Shown here piece by piece: positions 40,187 through 56,160 of a stretch of 64,000 bases of DNA. The DNA lies in the NCBI RefSeq assembly GCF_009914755.1, contig NC_060932.1. One strand, written 5' to 3'. The notes under the pieces are model-generated. The model did not search any database. It worked only from the letters and a program-made list of their open reading frames with translations, and was not told the DNA's origin. Every line of letters begins with the position of its first letter. Positions within the stretch are counted from its first letter, which is position 1. Both the position numbers and the translations under genes were made by a program. The DNA comes from the human T2T-CHM13v2.0 reference genome, Homo sapiens.

Positions 40187-40546
40187 GTGTTGCTTCATTG
40201 TTTTTTCCTGTAAAAGTCGTAGCCCTGGTGAAGTTCAAATTTCAATATACTTCAAGAGTAGACCTACTAAGTTAAATGTGGTTGGAGAAAAACTTCAATA
40301 GTGCTAACTGCCTCACAGTTAAGTGTATAATCAATAAGAACAGGGCCAATCCAACCACTGTAAAAGGAAAGAAGTGAGAATAAATATGGACAGATGAAAG
40401 TTGATAGATTTGGAGATAGGCAAATACGAAAGTTACTTTTTAGCTGTGGTACCTACCAAGGGCAAAGTAATGGGAGTGATGGTGGTATAGGCATTGTCTG
40501 CAAAAACTTTAAAAAACATAGTAAGTTTTTTTATCTTAGTTCTGAA

Positions 40547-40998
<452 letters not shown>

Positions 40999-41303
40999 TT
41001 TTAAGCAACTGCTGACAACAGGAAAAGACTGTTTCCCACAGCCCTAGCTTTGGTAGGAGTATTATTGCCTTCTGGTTATTGCTTTTTGCTCAGTGAAAAG
41101 AGAAAGATCATTATCTAAGAGTGAGAAAGAGGAGAAGAGATAGAAAATCTGAGGAGAGAGAAGCTAAGTAGGAAAAAATCAGTAAGGCTGATGAGAAATT
41201 GAATAGGAAAATATATGATGGCTCAGCAGTGCTCTTTGAATAGGAGTCCTGAAGATTTTTGGAAGAATAGTGAAAACAATCATAATATAACAAAACTTAT
41301 TTT

Positions 41304-42531
41304 AAATTTTAACTTTATTTTAGTTTTGGGGGTACATGTGAAAGTTTGTTACATAGATAAACAGGTGTCACAGGGGTTTGTTGTACATATTATTATATAA
41401 CCCAGGTATTAAGCTCAGTACCCAATAGTTATCTTTTCTGCGCCTCTCCCTCCTCCCACCCTCCCGCATCAAGTAGATCCCAGAATCTGTTGTTTTCTTT
41501 GTGCTCTTTAGTTCTTATTATTTAGCTCCCACTTATAAGTGGGAACATGAGGTATTTGATTTTCTGTTCCCGCAATTAGTTTACTAAGGATAATAGCTTC
41601 CAGCTCCATCCATGTTCACACAAAATATATGATGCTGCTTTTTTTTGGTGGTATAATATTGCAAGGTATATATGTACCATATTTTCTTTATCCAGTCTGT
41701 CATTGATGGCCATGTAAGTTGATTCCATGTCTTTACTATCGTGAACAGTGCTGCAATGAACATTTCTGTCCATGTGTATTTATATTAGAATGCTTTATAT
41801 TCCTCTGGATATATACCCAGTAATGGGATTTCTGAGTTGAATGGTAGTTCTGCTTTTAGCTCTTTAAGGAATCATCATACTGCTTTTCAAAATTGTTGAA
41901 CTTATTTACACTCCCATCAACGGTGTATAAGGTTTTCCTTTTCTCCACAACCTCACCATCATCTTTTACTTTTTGACTTTTTAATAGTAGCCATTCTGAC
42001 TGGTGTGAGATACTATCTCATTGCAGTTTTGATTCACATTTCTCTATTGATCAGTGATATTGAGCTTTTTTTCATATGTGTATCGGCCGTATGTATGTCT
42101 TCTTTTAAGAAGTGTCTGTTCAAGTCCTTTGCCCACTTTTTGATGGGATTGTATGTTTTCCTCTTGTGAATTTGTTTAAGTTGCTTATAGATCCTGGATA
42201 TTACACCTTTTAAGATGCATAGCTTGCAAGTACTTTCTCCCATTCTGCAGGTTATCTGTTTACTCTGTTGATAGATTCTTTTGTTGTGCGCAGGCTCTTA
42301 AGTTTAATTAGATCCCATTTGACAGGTTTTGCTTTTGTTGCATTTGCTTTTGGTGTCTTTGTCATAAAACGTTTTCCCGTTCCTATGTCCAGGATGGTAT
42401 AGCCTTTCTATTTAATAAATGGTGCTAGGATAACAGAATAGCCATATGCAGAAGATTGAAGCTGGACCCCTTGTTTACACCATACACAAAACTCAATTCA
42501 AGATGGAGTAAAGACTTAAACGTAAAACCCA
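41304..42531 (-). mobile_element. 5'-truncated L1PA (approx. PA13-16) with 5' inversion
   Basis: Antisense 3'UTR/ORF2 41304-42405, then sense ORF2 piece 42406-42531; degenerate TSD aaaacttatttt / aaaaaatatttt. Confidence 0.92.
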
Positions 42532-43299
42532 AAAAAATATTTTAAAATTAGAATTAGCTCTTCAGACATGAGGAGCACTCTAGTACTAATTTTATCCAAT
42601 AAATGAATATTATTGTGCAGCACTGTGGCCTAAGTGATGGATGAACTGTGATATGCCTCAGTTGCTGAAGCTAGGAAAATATTCAGTGGTTTTATTTATG
42701 AAGTTTTATGCTCCCTTGGTTTGATCCAAATATGAGGACGAACATGTCTATTTGCAGTTTTGACTATTAAAAATTCAAATTATAACTAGAAGTTTTCTTC
42801 CTACCAAAAGAAGACTAAAATATTTCTCTGTCAGTCACAGAGAAGGATTGAAGACTGCTGCACAAAGATTAGAGTACACTCAGGGCAGAGGGGTCAGGCA
42901 ATAAGCAACAATGCATCAAAAATAGAAAGAAAAGAGAATACCCAGTAGTAATTATTCATAAGCAATCTGCGAGTATGTTGAATGGAGGAAACCCCCTGAC
43001 AATAAAATTTATAAAGAAGATACTAAAAACGAGCCTTCTGCAAGCACATAAGTCGATGTAGAGTGTGGTCCCTATTACAAAAATAAAACAAAATCCAGTC
43101 TTAGACTAGTATGGCATAAGAAGAGCTTTGTGTGACGTTAAGAAAGGAATTAGTAATTGTTCAGTAAACTTTCTGGGAATCATAATAAAAAGAAAGATAA
43201 CTATTGATTGAGAACATAATTTTTAAAATTATATTATTGTATAAAATGTATAATTTTATAACTAATTTTATAAGTATAATTCCATAATTATAATTTAAT

Positions 43300-43700
43300 A
43301 ATTTTATTAAATATCAACTATGGGTAAGTCCCCTTGGTGCTGGAGTTACAGTAATGAATCAGGCTAAAATCCCTGCTTTCATATGCCAGGAGAAAGACTA
43401 CATAGAAATAAATAAGAAACATAACAACTTGATGATAATAAATTCTATGGAGTAAAATAATGCAGAAAAGAAGGGACCATAGATGCTTTGTATATGATAG
43501 TAAAATTTTTAACAGTATGACTGCATAAAAGATAAGTATATATGCAAGTTTAGAGAAGAGAAAGTATAAACTCTTACAGCAGGCAGGTCCTGGCATGTTC
43601 ATAGAACAGTAAAAAGGCCAGTTTGGCTGGACCAGAATGATCCAAGGGTGGAATAGTAGGAGACATGATCAGAAAGATGACAGAGTTCAGATCATACAGT
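43300..43700 (-). mobile_element. L2 relic
   Basis: 'ggtgctggagttacagtaatgaatcag', 'aaggccagtttggctggaccagaatga'. Confidence 0.6.
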
Positions 43701-43780
43701 GTTAAAACAATTCAATTCCTGCTATTACAAATACAAGTTTATTAAAAAAAAGTTCTAATGGTAGAAGGCCAATTAAAGTA

Positions 43781-44020
43781 CAGTTGACCCTTGAACAGCA
43801 CAGATTTGAACTGTTTGAGTCCACTTATATGTGGCCTTTTTTTCAACCAAATGCAGATTGAAAATACAGTATTGGAGGTATGCAAAATCTGTGTCTATGA
43901 AGAGCTTATTTTTCCAAGACATCTGTTCTGCAGGGCTGACTGCAGGACTTAAGTATGCATGGATTTGGTTATATGCCAGAAGTCCTTGAAACAATCCCCT
44001 AGTATACCAAGGGATGACAG
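43781..44020. mobile_element. MER8-like TcMar-Tigger MITE
   Basis: TA|cagttgacccttgaac ... taccaagggatgacag|TA; terminal inverted repeats and TA target duplication. Confidence 0.9.
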
Positions 44021-44112
44021 TATAGTAGCTTTGTATTAAAAAAAAAAATAGAATTATTTTGATGTTTACTAAAAATATTCTTTCTTTCTGAGAGAATATG
44101 CATGCATATAAT

Positions 44113-44417
44113 CCTCCCCAGCCCTGCAGAACTGAGTCCATTAAACCTCTTTCCTTTATAAATTACCCAGTCTGAGGCATGTCTTCATAATCAGGGTGAG
44201 AACAGACTAATACAGTTCCCAACATCTAGCTCAGTCACAATTCCTCTGACATCCTACAACCTAAAGAATGTATGAAAAGGATAACCACACCCAATATACC
44301 TTATATTAAATGGTGGAGAAAGAGGAGAGGAAAGAACACAAATTAATTGATATATAAATTGCAAATATGTCCATAAGAAAGCAAGGAAGAAAATACTTAT
44401 AAGAATAAATACTATAT
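44113..44417 (+). repeat. Local duplicate of 48508-48864 (THE1 LTR 3' end plus its flank)
   Basis: Colinear match through the LTR end and ~200 nt of flank, e.g. 'gaggagaggaaagaacacaaat' and 'aaagcaaggaagaaaatacttataagaataaat' in both copies. Confidence 0.95.
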
Positions 44418-44639
44418 GATTGAAATATAGGTCCATCAATTAAACCTCAGAATCTGTATTACAAGGTTTACGATTGCTCACATATATTTTGATTTCCTTT
44501 TCTTTTTGCAAATATTCTTATGGATCTGATTTTCAGGTAGTAAAATACCTATTCCAATCACTATACTTTTTTCAAAATAAGAAGTTTAGGTTTTTTTTTT
44601 TTTTTTTATATTTTACCTATTCTCCTCTCACCTGTTTCA

Positions 44640-45420
44640 CAAAGTCACAAGTTGGTAACCTTCTATCCTACTTCACAGAGAACTCTGAATCAATCAGAAA
44701 GAAATTTCCACAGACTCACATCATTCCCTTTCTCTACCTACCAACTTCTATTTAAAGCCATTATTTCTTTTTATTATTATTATTTTATTTTTTAAGTTTC
44801 GGGATACATATGCAGGATATGCAGGTTTGTTACATAGGTAAACGTGTGCTGTGGTGGTTTGTAAAGCCATCATTTCTACTTGAGCACTAAATTCTCTATG
44901 ATGTCCCCTAATCCAGTACATCATTCCAACTATTCTCTCTCCCACATCATGTTTCCAATTTTTCCTCTTCCATTCGCCCTTAAAACCACCCTTGTTAACC
45001 TCTCTCCCTTCAAGTCCATGGAAACTGCTGTTGTAAGGAATACCAATGTCTTTCATCTGGCAAAACTAAATAAGTTGTTTGTCCTTATCTTGTGGCCCTA
45101 ACACACTATTTAACCTTGTTGACTATCCTCTCCGCCTTGATTTCCTTTCTTCATAAGGCTTCCAGGACACTATACTCTGTTGGTTTTTCTCCTCCCTCAC
45201 TGGTCTCTATTCCTAAGCCTCTTTACTAACTTCGGTATCACAGTGCCCAATTTCAGCCCTTGGTCCTCTTTTTATTTCCTACTTGTACTCACTTCCTAGG
45301 CAATCTCATAATCTTATGCTTTAAGTACCATCCATCTGCTGAACAACCCCCAAATTTTTGTTTTTATTCTAAATGTCTCTCCTACCTTCAGACTCATGTA
45401 TCCAACTGATCAGTTAATGG
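44640..45420 (+). mobile_element. L2 relic hosting a short L1 insertion
   Basis: 'ggcttccaggacactatactctgttggtttttctcct', 'ttcagactcatgtatccaactg'. Confidence 0.7.
44769..44861 (-). mobile_element. Extremely 5'-truncated L1PA (93 bp including tail)
   Basis: 'gggatacatatgcaggatatgcaggtttgttacataggtaaacgtgtgctgtggtggtttg'; 16-bp TSD taaagccat(t/c)atttct (44753-44768 / 44862-44877). Confidence 0.93.
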
Positions 45421-45860
45421 CTTCACAAAGAAAAAGCTAAAGTTTAGCTAATAGAAAATCTGGATGTGAATCAGGGACTAAGGGAGGAGAAAAGGGTAGA
45501 GGATACAATATCATCATATTGCAAAGTGAGGAGTCATTAGATACTATCCAAATTTATTGAAACCTTAGACTGATGTCTTAAATATTCATTCTGAAGTTAT
45601 AAAGCTAACAATAGGATAACTAAAGAATAAAAACATAAAAAGGAGTCAAGAAAAAGAAAGACAATATGAGTAAGATTCTATTTTTTTAGTCAATATATAT
45701 TCTCTAAAAATAAATACAAAATAGAGATGTATCTTTATTATCTAGAGTTGTTGAGGTAACAACCTCCAAAAGGACTGAAAATGAAAATAGTTTATAAATG
45801 TTTCCTATAGTGTAAGAAGGAGAATTTTTATTTTTTCTAAGCCCTTCAGTATTTGTTACC

Positions 45861-46076
<216 letters not shown>

Positions 46077-47901
46077 TAATTAACATATATTAATTCCATA
46101 ATTTGCTGACATCAAAAGATATTACCTAACTTTGATAAATCAATGATAAGCAGAAATAGTATATGAGTTATGGTGGTGTTATAAAAAAATAAAAATGGAA
46201 AATGACAAAACCTATTACTTTTGGGCAAAGGGTTGGAGATGAAAAGAGGACACATATTTTCTTGTTCAATTTTTATTTTGTATAATGCATCTATTGCTTT
46301 TACAACTAAAATAATTCATTTTTTATAAAGGAGGACTAAATAAAATTAAAATAATACATTTTATAGGAGGAATATATTTCCCTTCCTATTTCTGGAAAGA
46401 ATGAACATAATTCGGCAGCAGGGTCAGGGTTGATAGGCAATGCCATTAAATTAAATTGAATTAAATTGGGAAGAGAAGGCCTCATTGTAAACACGGAAAA
46501 AGTAGTGTGCAGAAATGTTTCAGGAGCCTCTATATGCCAGGAGTTCTTCCTGACTGTCTAACTGGTTTTAAATGATTTTATAAAAGATCTTTTCATGGAA
46601 AGAACATCAAGGGAGCATTAGAGGAAATCTATATAGAGTGTGAGCAGAACTGTTAAATTCCTGTTAGGAGTTACCATAGGAAATGCCTGTACAAGTTCCA
46701 CACATTGTCAACTTTATGTAGTAACAGCAAAGAGTTTGCTCACCCAATGTATGAGGAGTTTTAAGGACAATCAGCTTCAGAGTTCTAACTTCCTATCCCA
46801 ACTTTGTTTGTGCTAATAAGTCATCTAGTTTTTAATTGACTGAATCATTTTGTTTTTGTGGTCTTCATGAAAAAAGAAGTTAATACAAATTGCCAAAATT
46901 TATCTTGAAATATTAAAGAAGTTTGAGAAAGAAGAATGGAGCGAGCTGTGTGGCTAGAGAAAGGCTGAATAAGAGAAAAGTCTGATGAATAATGCAAGGT
47001 GCACATGCAGAAAGCACAGCAAGCTTGACAGAAAGCTGTTAGAAAGTGGCCAGACCTGAGCAATAGGAAGTATACATCCTGGTATTCTGCAGATTATGTA
47101 ACAACTGAGGATCCTTTGTTCACTTAGGATGGTACACAGTACAAAGTAGTTGAGAAACCTGATTTTAAAAAGAAAAAACTGCTGAACAGAGCTGTAAGGC
47201 CGGATGTAATCAACTCTGGTCTCCCTCTCTCATGGTGAAACCTATTATATTGGTGGAGATAAGAGTCACTTAAGGTCTCCTTTCGAAATATACAAATCTC
47301 AAATTTTGCCTAAAAGATGAGGAGAGGCTGAAGTTTTAGGAATATGAAATATGTTAAGAAGAGAACCCAAGCCCTGATTTGGAGAAAATCATGGAGGCTT
47401 TTATTATTCTCCCAGCAGTAATTTCAAGTGTTTTTTAGGAAAAAAAAAATAGCAATTATCTCTTTTTCAAAAAGGGTTCTAACAGGAAAACAGAAACTTT
47501 TGTCATTTAGGCAACAAGGATTAATACAGGAAATTAGACGTTAAAACCAGAAAAGAGCAGGAAACGTGATGGTCAGGATGGGAAGTGACTTTAAGCATTC
47601 AGCAAATCAGAAGGTCCAAGAATAACAGGGAATTTGCTGCTGATTTACTTCAAAATAGGAAATCTCCAGGGCAAAGTGCCTGAAACCTCTGGCAAACCTC
47701 TGAAATATCTGTCATTTGATGAAGCCCCTAAACCTGTCTGTCCCGTTGAGGAATAACAGCACCTTCTGTTACCCTTTTGACTTCAAAGTCTCATATGAGC
47801 ACTTCATATTGGAGAAATTGATACTGAACTCTATAGATGAAGACATGTTTACCCCCTCCACAAAAGGAGAAATACATATTCTTAGCAATTACTGTTAGTT
47901 C

Positions 47902-48611
<710 letters not shown>

Positions 48612-48863
48612 GTTCCTAACACCTAATTCCATCACAATTCCTCTGATATCCTACAACCTATCCTTGTCTGTATGACAAGGATAACCACAACCAATATGCT
48701 TTATATTTAAATGATGGAGGAAGAGGAGAGGAAAGAACACAAATAAATTAATATATACTTTGCATATATTATATATAATAAATATATAATAAATTAATAT
48801 ATACTTTGTTAATATGTCCATAACAAAGCAAGGAAGAAAATACTTATAAGAATAAATGCTGTA

Positions 48864-48908
48864 TTTATTTTATTTAGTTTTATTTTATTTTATTTTATTT
48901 TATTTTAT
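48864..48908. repeat. (TTTTA)n repeat
   Basis: Directly read. Confidence 0.85.
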
Positions 48909-49451
48909 ATTTCTGCAACTGGTCACAAGATTGAGATTATTTGAAGAACAATCTTAGCCACAAGGGAAATGGAATTGGTGCTACATATCCTGGTGGAATC
49001 TTTGCTTCTTGAGGAATTAAGATCTGCAAACTACCAGAGCCTAAAGACGTGGGGATTAGAAACAAATATCGTCTGAGTGGGCTATTAGGTATAATCGTGA
49101 GGGCTGCCACTTCCATTTTAACACTTGGTATCCAGGACTCCGTTCTGGGTATGTGAAAAATCAGGTACCATGTACTGGTCACTTGTTCCAAGTATATATT
49201 TAATGCATGTTTTAGAACATCTCATTAAACTTGCAAAGGGTTGATTCCTACCAGGTGCTTGGACCAACTGCAGGGCTTTCTCTTTCTCTGGTAACCAAAC
49301 AACAATAATGACAACTTAAAACTATCTTCAGGTGTTCCTAATAGGAGTATTTTAAAGAGTAGCTCCTTACCTAAAGGAATAAATCTCAAACAGCATAATT
49401 TCACTGGCAATATTATGGAAACAGGGAGGCATTCTCTCTCAAGTTACTTGA

Positions 49452-50103
<652 letters not shown>

Positions 50104-50529
50104 TAATACTTTATTTTATCCTAAAGAATTTGGCAACATTTTAGTATATTAACACGGTGGATAATAATGCAACACATTGATCTATGGAAAGCTTTTTTTA
50201 TTAATGTTTAAATGATTGTTTTTGCTTATATTTTTCATAGAAGTTTGCAAAATAATGCTTGGTTTAAGGAAGTTATCATAGAAGGAAAATAACTTGTTAC
50301 TTCAAGTGCAAATAATTATTGTGACGATGTTATATGTGCATATATATTTAGATGTATATATATACATATATGTAATATTGAAAAACTAAGAAATAATTTT
50401 ATTTCTGTATGCTTACATATAAGAGGTCTTGTATTATCTTCTTTCATTCTTTTTTAGCAAACAAATATAGTAACAGAAGCTCCCATCATCAATATAGGGT
50501 AATTATTTCATTTAAAATATTTTTTGTAT

Positions 50530-50681
50530 CTGGCTGTCTCTTAATTTGGGGGAAAATAGTTTGCTCTGTGACCTCAGTTCTTTGATGGATCTAAGAAGAG
50601 CAGTTGATTTTTAGTTTGTTCAGTATTTTTCTCTTATGCACAGGAGAGGTGATCCCTACATACCAGACGAGACCAGAAGTC
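50530..50681 (-). mobile_element. Ancient L1M (MC/MD-type) 5'-end fragment
   Basis: 'ctgtgacctcagttctttgatggatctaagaagag...gatttttagtttgttcag...accagaagtc'. Confidence 0.6.
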
Positions 50682-50720
50682 TCTAAATAAGAGATTTTCA
50701 AGATTGATCCTTTGCATCTA

Positions 50721-51040
<320 letters not shown>

Positions 51041-51331
51041 GGCCGGGTGCGGTTGCTCACGCCTGTAATCCCAGCACTTTGGGAGCCCGAGGCGGGTGGA
51101 TCACAATGTCAGGAGTTCAAGACCAGCCTGGCCAAGATAGTGAAACCCCATCTCTACTGAAAATACAAAAAATTAGCCAGGCATGGTGGCAGGCACCTAT
51201 AATCCCAGCTACTTGGGATGTTAAGGCAGAGAACTGCTTGAACTGGGAGGTGGAGGCTGCAGTGAGCAGGGATCGCGCCACTGTACTCCAGCCTGGGTGA
51301 CAAAGCGAGACTCCATTTCAAAAAAAAAAAA
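51041..51331 (+). mobile_element. AluS (Sg-like) inserted into the AluJ A-tail
   Basis: 'ggatcacaatgtcaggagttc', 'ggccaagat'; TSD atttaaaaaa(a)gg (51028-51040 / 51332-51343). Confidence 0.93.
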
Positions 51332-51559
51332 ATTTAAAAAAGGAAAAAAATATGATTTTTAAAGTGCAACTCCCAAAATTTAAAATATTCTTAGCATATA
51401 TCTAATTTTACTTCATTATATTTCTAATATAAATTAAGTCACAAAATATAGCTAACATTAAATCTTTGGTCTAATCTTGACACGAGTCCAGTTTCTGCAG
51501 GATCAATTTCTTATCATATATTTTAAGTAACTACTCAAATAGAGAAACTGACCAGGTGA

Positions 51560-51790
51560 GAACTATATTGTAAAATATAAGCTTTGTGGTTACACCATTT
51601 GAATTCAAACTTTACTGTTCAACTTCATAATAATAAGGTATTTTCCAAGTTATTTAAGCTATTCAAGCCTCATTTCTTTATATGCTAAACAGAAAATAAT
51701 AATTTCTACCTCATGATAACATTTAAAGGAGATAATGCACATGAAGATTTTAACATGGTATCTCACACATGAAAAGTGTTTGATGAATAC
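51560..51790 (+). mobile_element. MIR
   Basis: 'aagttatttaagctattcaagcctcatttctttatatgctaaacagaaaataataat'. Confidence 0.65.
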
Positions 51791-52824
51791 TAGTTTTTAA
51801 TGGGGATGGTATTTATTTTATTAACAAACTTAAGCAATGATTTGCATTTATAAGATACAGAAATAAATGCAAAACAGAATTTGTGTTTCCTATTTGTATT
51901 TGTGTTGAGGCAGGATTATATAATTGGTTTGTGAAATTATTACACAAAATAATAATTCAAAGACAGGGTTTAATTTTATAACTCTGGAAATAGCATGTTT
52001 TCGAAGATATATAGATTTCTATCAGAGTAATACTGTTCTTAGATTTATAGTTTTGCATTACTCTATTACACAAGCTTTGGTTTAATTAAGGCAAGTTAGT
52101 GATAAAAGGCCTAAATTTACAGCTGAAGAAATTAATAAAAGTCCTCCTTGGTTCTGACTTTCAGGAGGAAGACAGGATCAATAAAATAAACATCTGTGAG
52201 ATAAAGGAGGCTTTTCCAATTATATTAAGTGATACACATATCATGCCTTTGATGACCCATCCTAGGAAAAGCTCTCTGTACTATAGAAGAGTTAGTGATA
52301 TTATCATCATAAATAATTATAATATGCTTCAAAAATTCTCTATTAGTGTCAGAACTCAGGGTTCGTAAATAGTTAAAGGTTTATACAACCTGAAGAGAAA
52401 CCAGAATGTAGATTTGAGTCTTGAGACTGATAAAGAAATCGTCTATGGTGATTCATAACATTTATATTACATTGAAATGTACAGAAACAATTTTTGAAAT
52501 TCTATTTGGTTCTTACTACATGATTTGATCTTTGCTGGCAATATTTAAAGATTAGCTACTAAACAGCAATTGCATATGGTGATAGAACATAATATTGTGA
52601 TAGAATACCCATTCTGTATTTGATTAATGTATCAAGTACCATATGCTATTCAATTTGGAAACTATAAATTGATTTTATTTTCAAACTATTATTGTAAAAT
52701 GTGTTATTTTCGCAGCCTTTTAGTGATCTTTTTGCTATTCACTGTAATTTTCTTTGTCAGAATATAATCTTGACTGAAAGAAATCCTATTTTTAAGCAAG
52801 ATTGTGTCTCATAATTACCATTCT

Positions 52825-53052
52825 CAGAATAATAGCTATTATTTATTTAGTGTTGTGGGTGTCAGGCACTTTTCTAAGTACTTTAAATGTGCTTCTTTCA
52901 ACAACACTATGAGATACTGTTATGAATCATATATTCCAGGTTTGGAAACTGAGGCAAGGTAAGTAACTCTTCAAGGTCACAATGCTAATAAGTATTGGAA
53001 TCCAAATAATAAACCAGGCCATGTGACTCCAGTACTAAATTCTTAACCATTG
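52825..53052 (-). mobile_element. MIR
   Basis: 'gtcaggcacttttctaagtacttta', 'ggaaactgaggca', 'caaggtcaca'. Confidence 0.75.
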
Positions 53053-55056
53053 CATTCATTGCCACCACACTCCCAAAACACTATTCTATAATCAATTTTG
53101 CTAAAAATTTTCAGAATCAGATATTGTGACAAATAACAATCAATATAGCAAGCAGACATTAGATCAAACTTTTAGGAATGAAACCTTTTTATTTAGCAAA
53201 GTGAGATGAATTAATATGTACTTTTTATTCTTCAAGAGCAGTCACTGACAGGGACTAGGAGAATGGGGAGAAGAAGGATTTCTCATTTCCTTTTGTAAAG
53301 ATAGACCCAGATGACTTCAAGCAGGCACTTTATTTCAGTTATTTGTTGGGACAACGTAAAATATTTCAATGAAAAATGAAATGTGTCAGTTGTCACATTA
53401 TTTTCTTCATTTATACTTCATGCTAAACCTGACTGTTAAATTATCAATAACCAAAAGGTTTTCTACATAACTTCTATGAAAAGTTATTACATATAAATGT
53501 AAAACGTCCATTAATAAAAGATTTATAATATTTGCTAATGGAAATTGAAGCCCATTAAATTAACAGTGCATATTGCATTGCTTGGATGCAATCAGTTATT
53601 GTACAAATAAAAATATTCTTATCATCACATTTCCCCTTGAACTTCAATGAGTTTTAAAAGCAATTTGTAATTAAAGGTGTTTTTACATTTTGGTAGACTT
53701 ATTCCCACCATAATCTCCAGCACCAATCTTCATCTTGAGGCAGAACAGCCAGGCCAGTGCTGCTCTTTTAGGGGAGGGATAGCCCAGCAGATCTGCAAGG
53801 GTTTTCTAGTTCAAATGCATTCTGCTTTGAGTTAAAAGTCTTTTGAGGCATTGTTTCTGGATGAAACTCTTCTTTTTAAAGTCATAGTAAAGGACAAGAT
53901 TCCCTTGGAGAAGATGTGATTATTCAAATGAGCTTCAAGAATCGTGCCCTCCGAACATGGTCTTTGTCAGTACAAGAATGTCCATGACAAAAAAGCTGAA
54001 GACTGATTAAGAGTTCACTTATATCCCTTTTCAACAGAAGCAGACACAATCTCTGTTCCAATTTTCCATGGGACACCTTCAAATTACCTTTTCAATTTTT
54101 CTAATTTATTTACTAACATAGAGCCAACTCGAGATGTAGTTACTGGTAGTTTCATGCCATAGTTTCTTTTATTTCTCATTAAACATGCCACTGAACAGTA
54201 ATATCTCTATCATTTAAAAAAAGGGAAACCACCAATGGAATTATTTCAAAAGTTGATTCTAGTTTGGTTTGAAATACACTGCTAAATTCTTAACTTCAAT
54301 ATTATGAATATGTTTTTAGAAAAGTATGTAGAATGTATTTTTACATTACTTAGCTAATTTATTCTTTTAGCTCCTTTTCATTTTACTGTCTGATCCACAA
54401 TATTTTCAAAGTAAGCTACTAGGATCTATCTATACCAGAGATAAAATATCCTGTAAATATTTTTCATGATAAGTGTTACCCCTCTTCTATTTTCCTAGTC
54501 AAGCATAAATCAAGATGTTAATATTTGCCAAAATTCTGGCTCTTGTAATTTGTATGAAAGCAGTTTAAAAAGTTGTGAACCATATTTACAAAAAGTTTTT
54601 TTTTAAGTCTGTGCTTAATTCATGTCTTTAAAACTATACTATACAAACATTTTTTATTTTGCATCTCCATCAGTGAAACGTTGTGCATGCACCCATATTT
54701 ATTTACTTATCATTTGTGCAAGTTGTGCTAGTGTATTAATACACCATGTTCCATATACATATGTATCCATGTGAGTATATATGTGTATGTGTATGTGCAT
54801 GTGTATGTAAGTGCATGAGGAATCAATGCAATTGGCCTTGTGGTATTGCCAGTGGATCCTGACTTTACTGCAACCGAAAATCTTGAAGGTGAATGTTTTA
54901 GTTCACAAAGACAGCTACGTGGACAATAGTATATTTATAAGATTTTCACCTTTAATATAATCTATCATGCTTGAAAAGTTGTTATTATGAACCTCAACCT
55001 TCTGGTTTACCTTCTGCCAGCAGTAGAGGTCATTTAATACAGATGCTTTGCGTAAG

Positions 55057-55075
55057 TCACCACCAGATGGCATTC
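55057..55075 (+). promoter_or_regulatory. Candidate CTCF motif
   Basis: CCACCAGATGGCA at 55060-55072 matches the CTCF core; motif match only. Confidence 0.4.
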
Positions 55076-55769
55076 TTGTGTCTTTGATCATACACACTTA
55101 TTTCTGAACTAAGAACTACTTTATTATGTGAAGTCTTTAACTAAAATTTATCTGCATCATCTTTTTAATTATGAGAACGAGGCAGCAGATATGTTACTTT
55201 GCTTACAGAGACTTAAGTTCTAGTTTTGGATTCTTTACCCATATTGGGAAAATTCTTTTACTTTTCATTGTACATGTATTGTCATAAATAAAGGATATCG
55301 GATTAGATGATTCAATTCAAGCATGTATTATCAAGCAGCTGTTCTGTCCATAGCACTGTGTTAAATGTGATGGAGGATATGGCAGTGAATTGTCAATGCT
55401 TTTAAATAGTTTAAGCTAGGCAACAGATATTTAGTAGACCTCTTTACCTGACTTCTATTTAATTAAATTGCCAGATTCTCTGTTGTTTTATATTTTCTTG
55501 GTAAACACACTGAAAATAAGAGGTGGGCAGATTGTAAAAAATACAATATGGCATACGAAGAAGTTTGTACTTTATTATAGAATAGATTACATGAAATAAA
55601 CCACTTAAAGTTATCAAGTTGTTATTGTTTGTTTGAATTTTGGCTGGTTTCTGTTAATGACATAGGAAATTACATAATCAAAGTTGTGTTTCATAAAGAT
55701 AAATTTGAAAGGAAGAAAGCATATAATAGGGATAGAGAGACCAGTGAGAGGGCTATAGTGCCAGAAATA

Positions 55770-56160
55770 ACAGAAAGACAATACAGCATGATATCACTCA
55801 TATGTGGAGTCTAAAAAAGTTGATCTCATAAAAACAGAGAGTAGCATAGTGGTAACCAGATGCTGAAATCTTAGCGATGGTGTGTTGGGAAGATATTGGT
55901 CAAAGGATGCAAAGTTTTAGTCAGATAGAACTAATTAGTTCAAGCGATGTATTGTACCTGATGACTATAGGTATTAACAATATTTCTAGAAAAATGCTAC
56001 GAGAGTAGATTTAAAGTGTTCTCACCACAAAAATGATAACATTGTGAGGTAACATATATATTAATTACCTACATTCATTCATTCCACAATGTACATATAT
56101 TTCAAATATCATGTCGTAGATGATAAATACTAATATTTTGTCAAGTTAAAAAAATAAAAA
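55770..56160 (+). mobile_element. L1MA (approx. MA7-9) 3' end
   Basis: 'tcactcatatgtggagtctaaaaaagttgatctcata', 'gagagtagatttaaagtgttctcaccacaaaaatgataac', A-rich tail. Confidence 0.88.

Noticed and set aside
43773-44141. 122-aa minus-strand ORF
   Set aside because: Spans a MER8 MITE and the duplicated THE1 piece.
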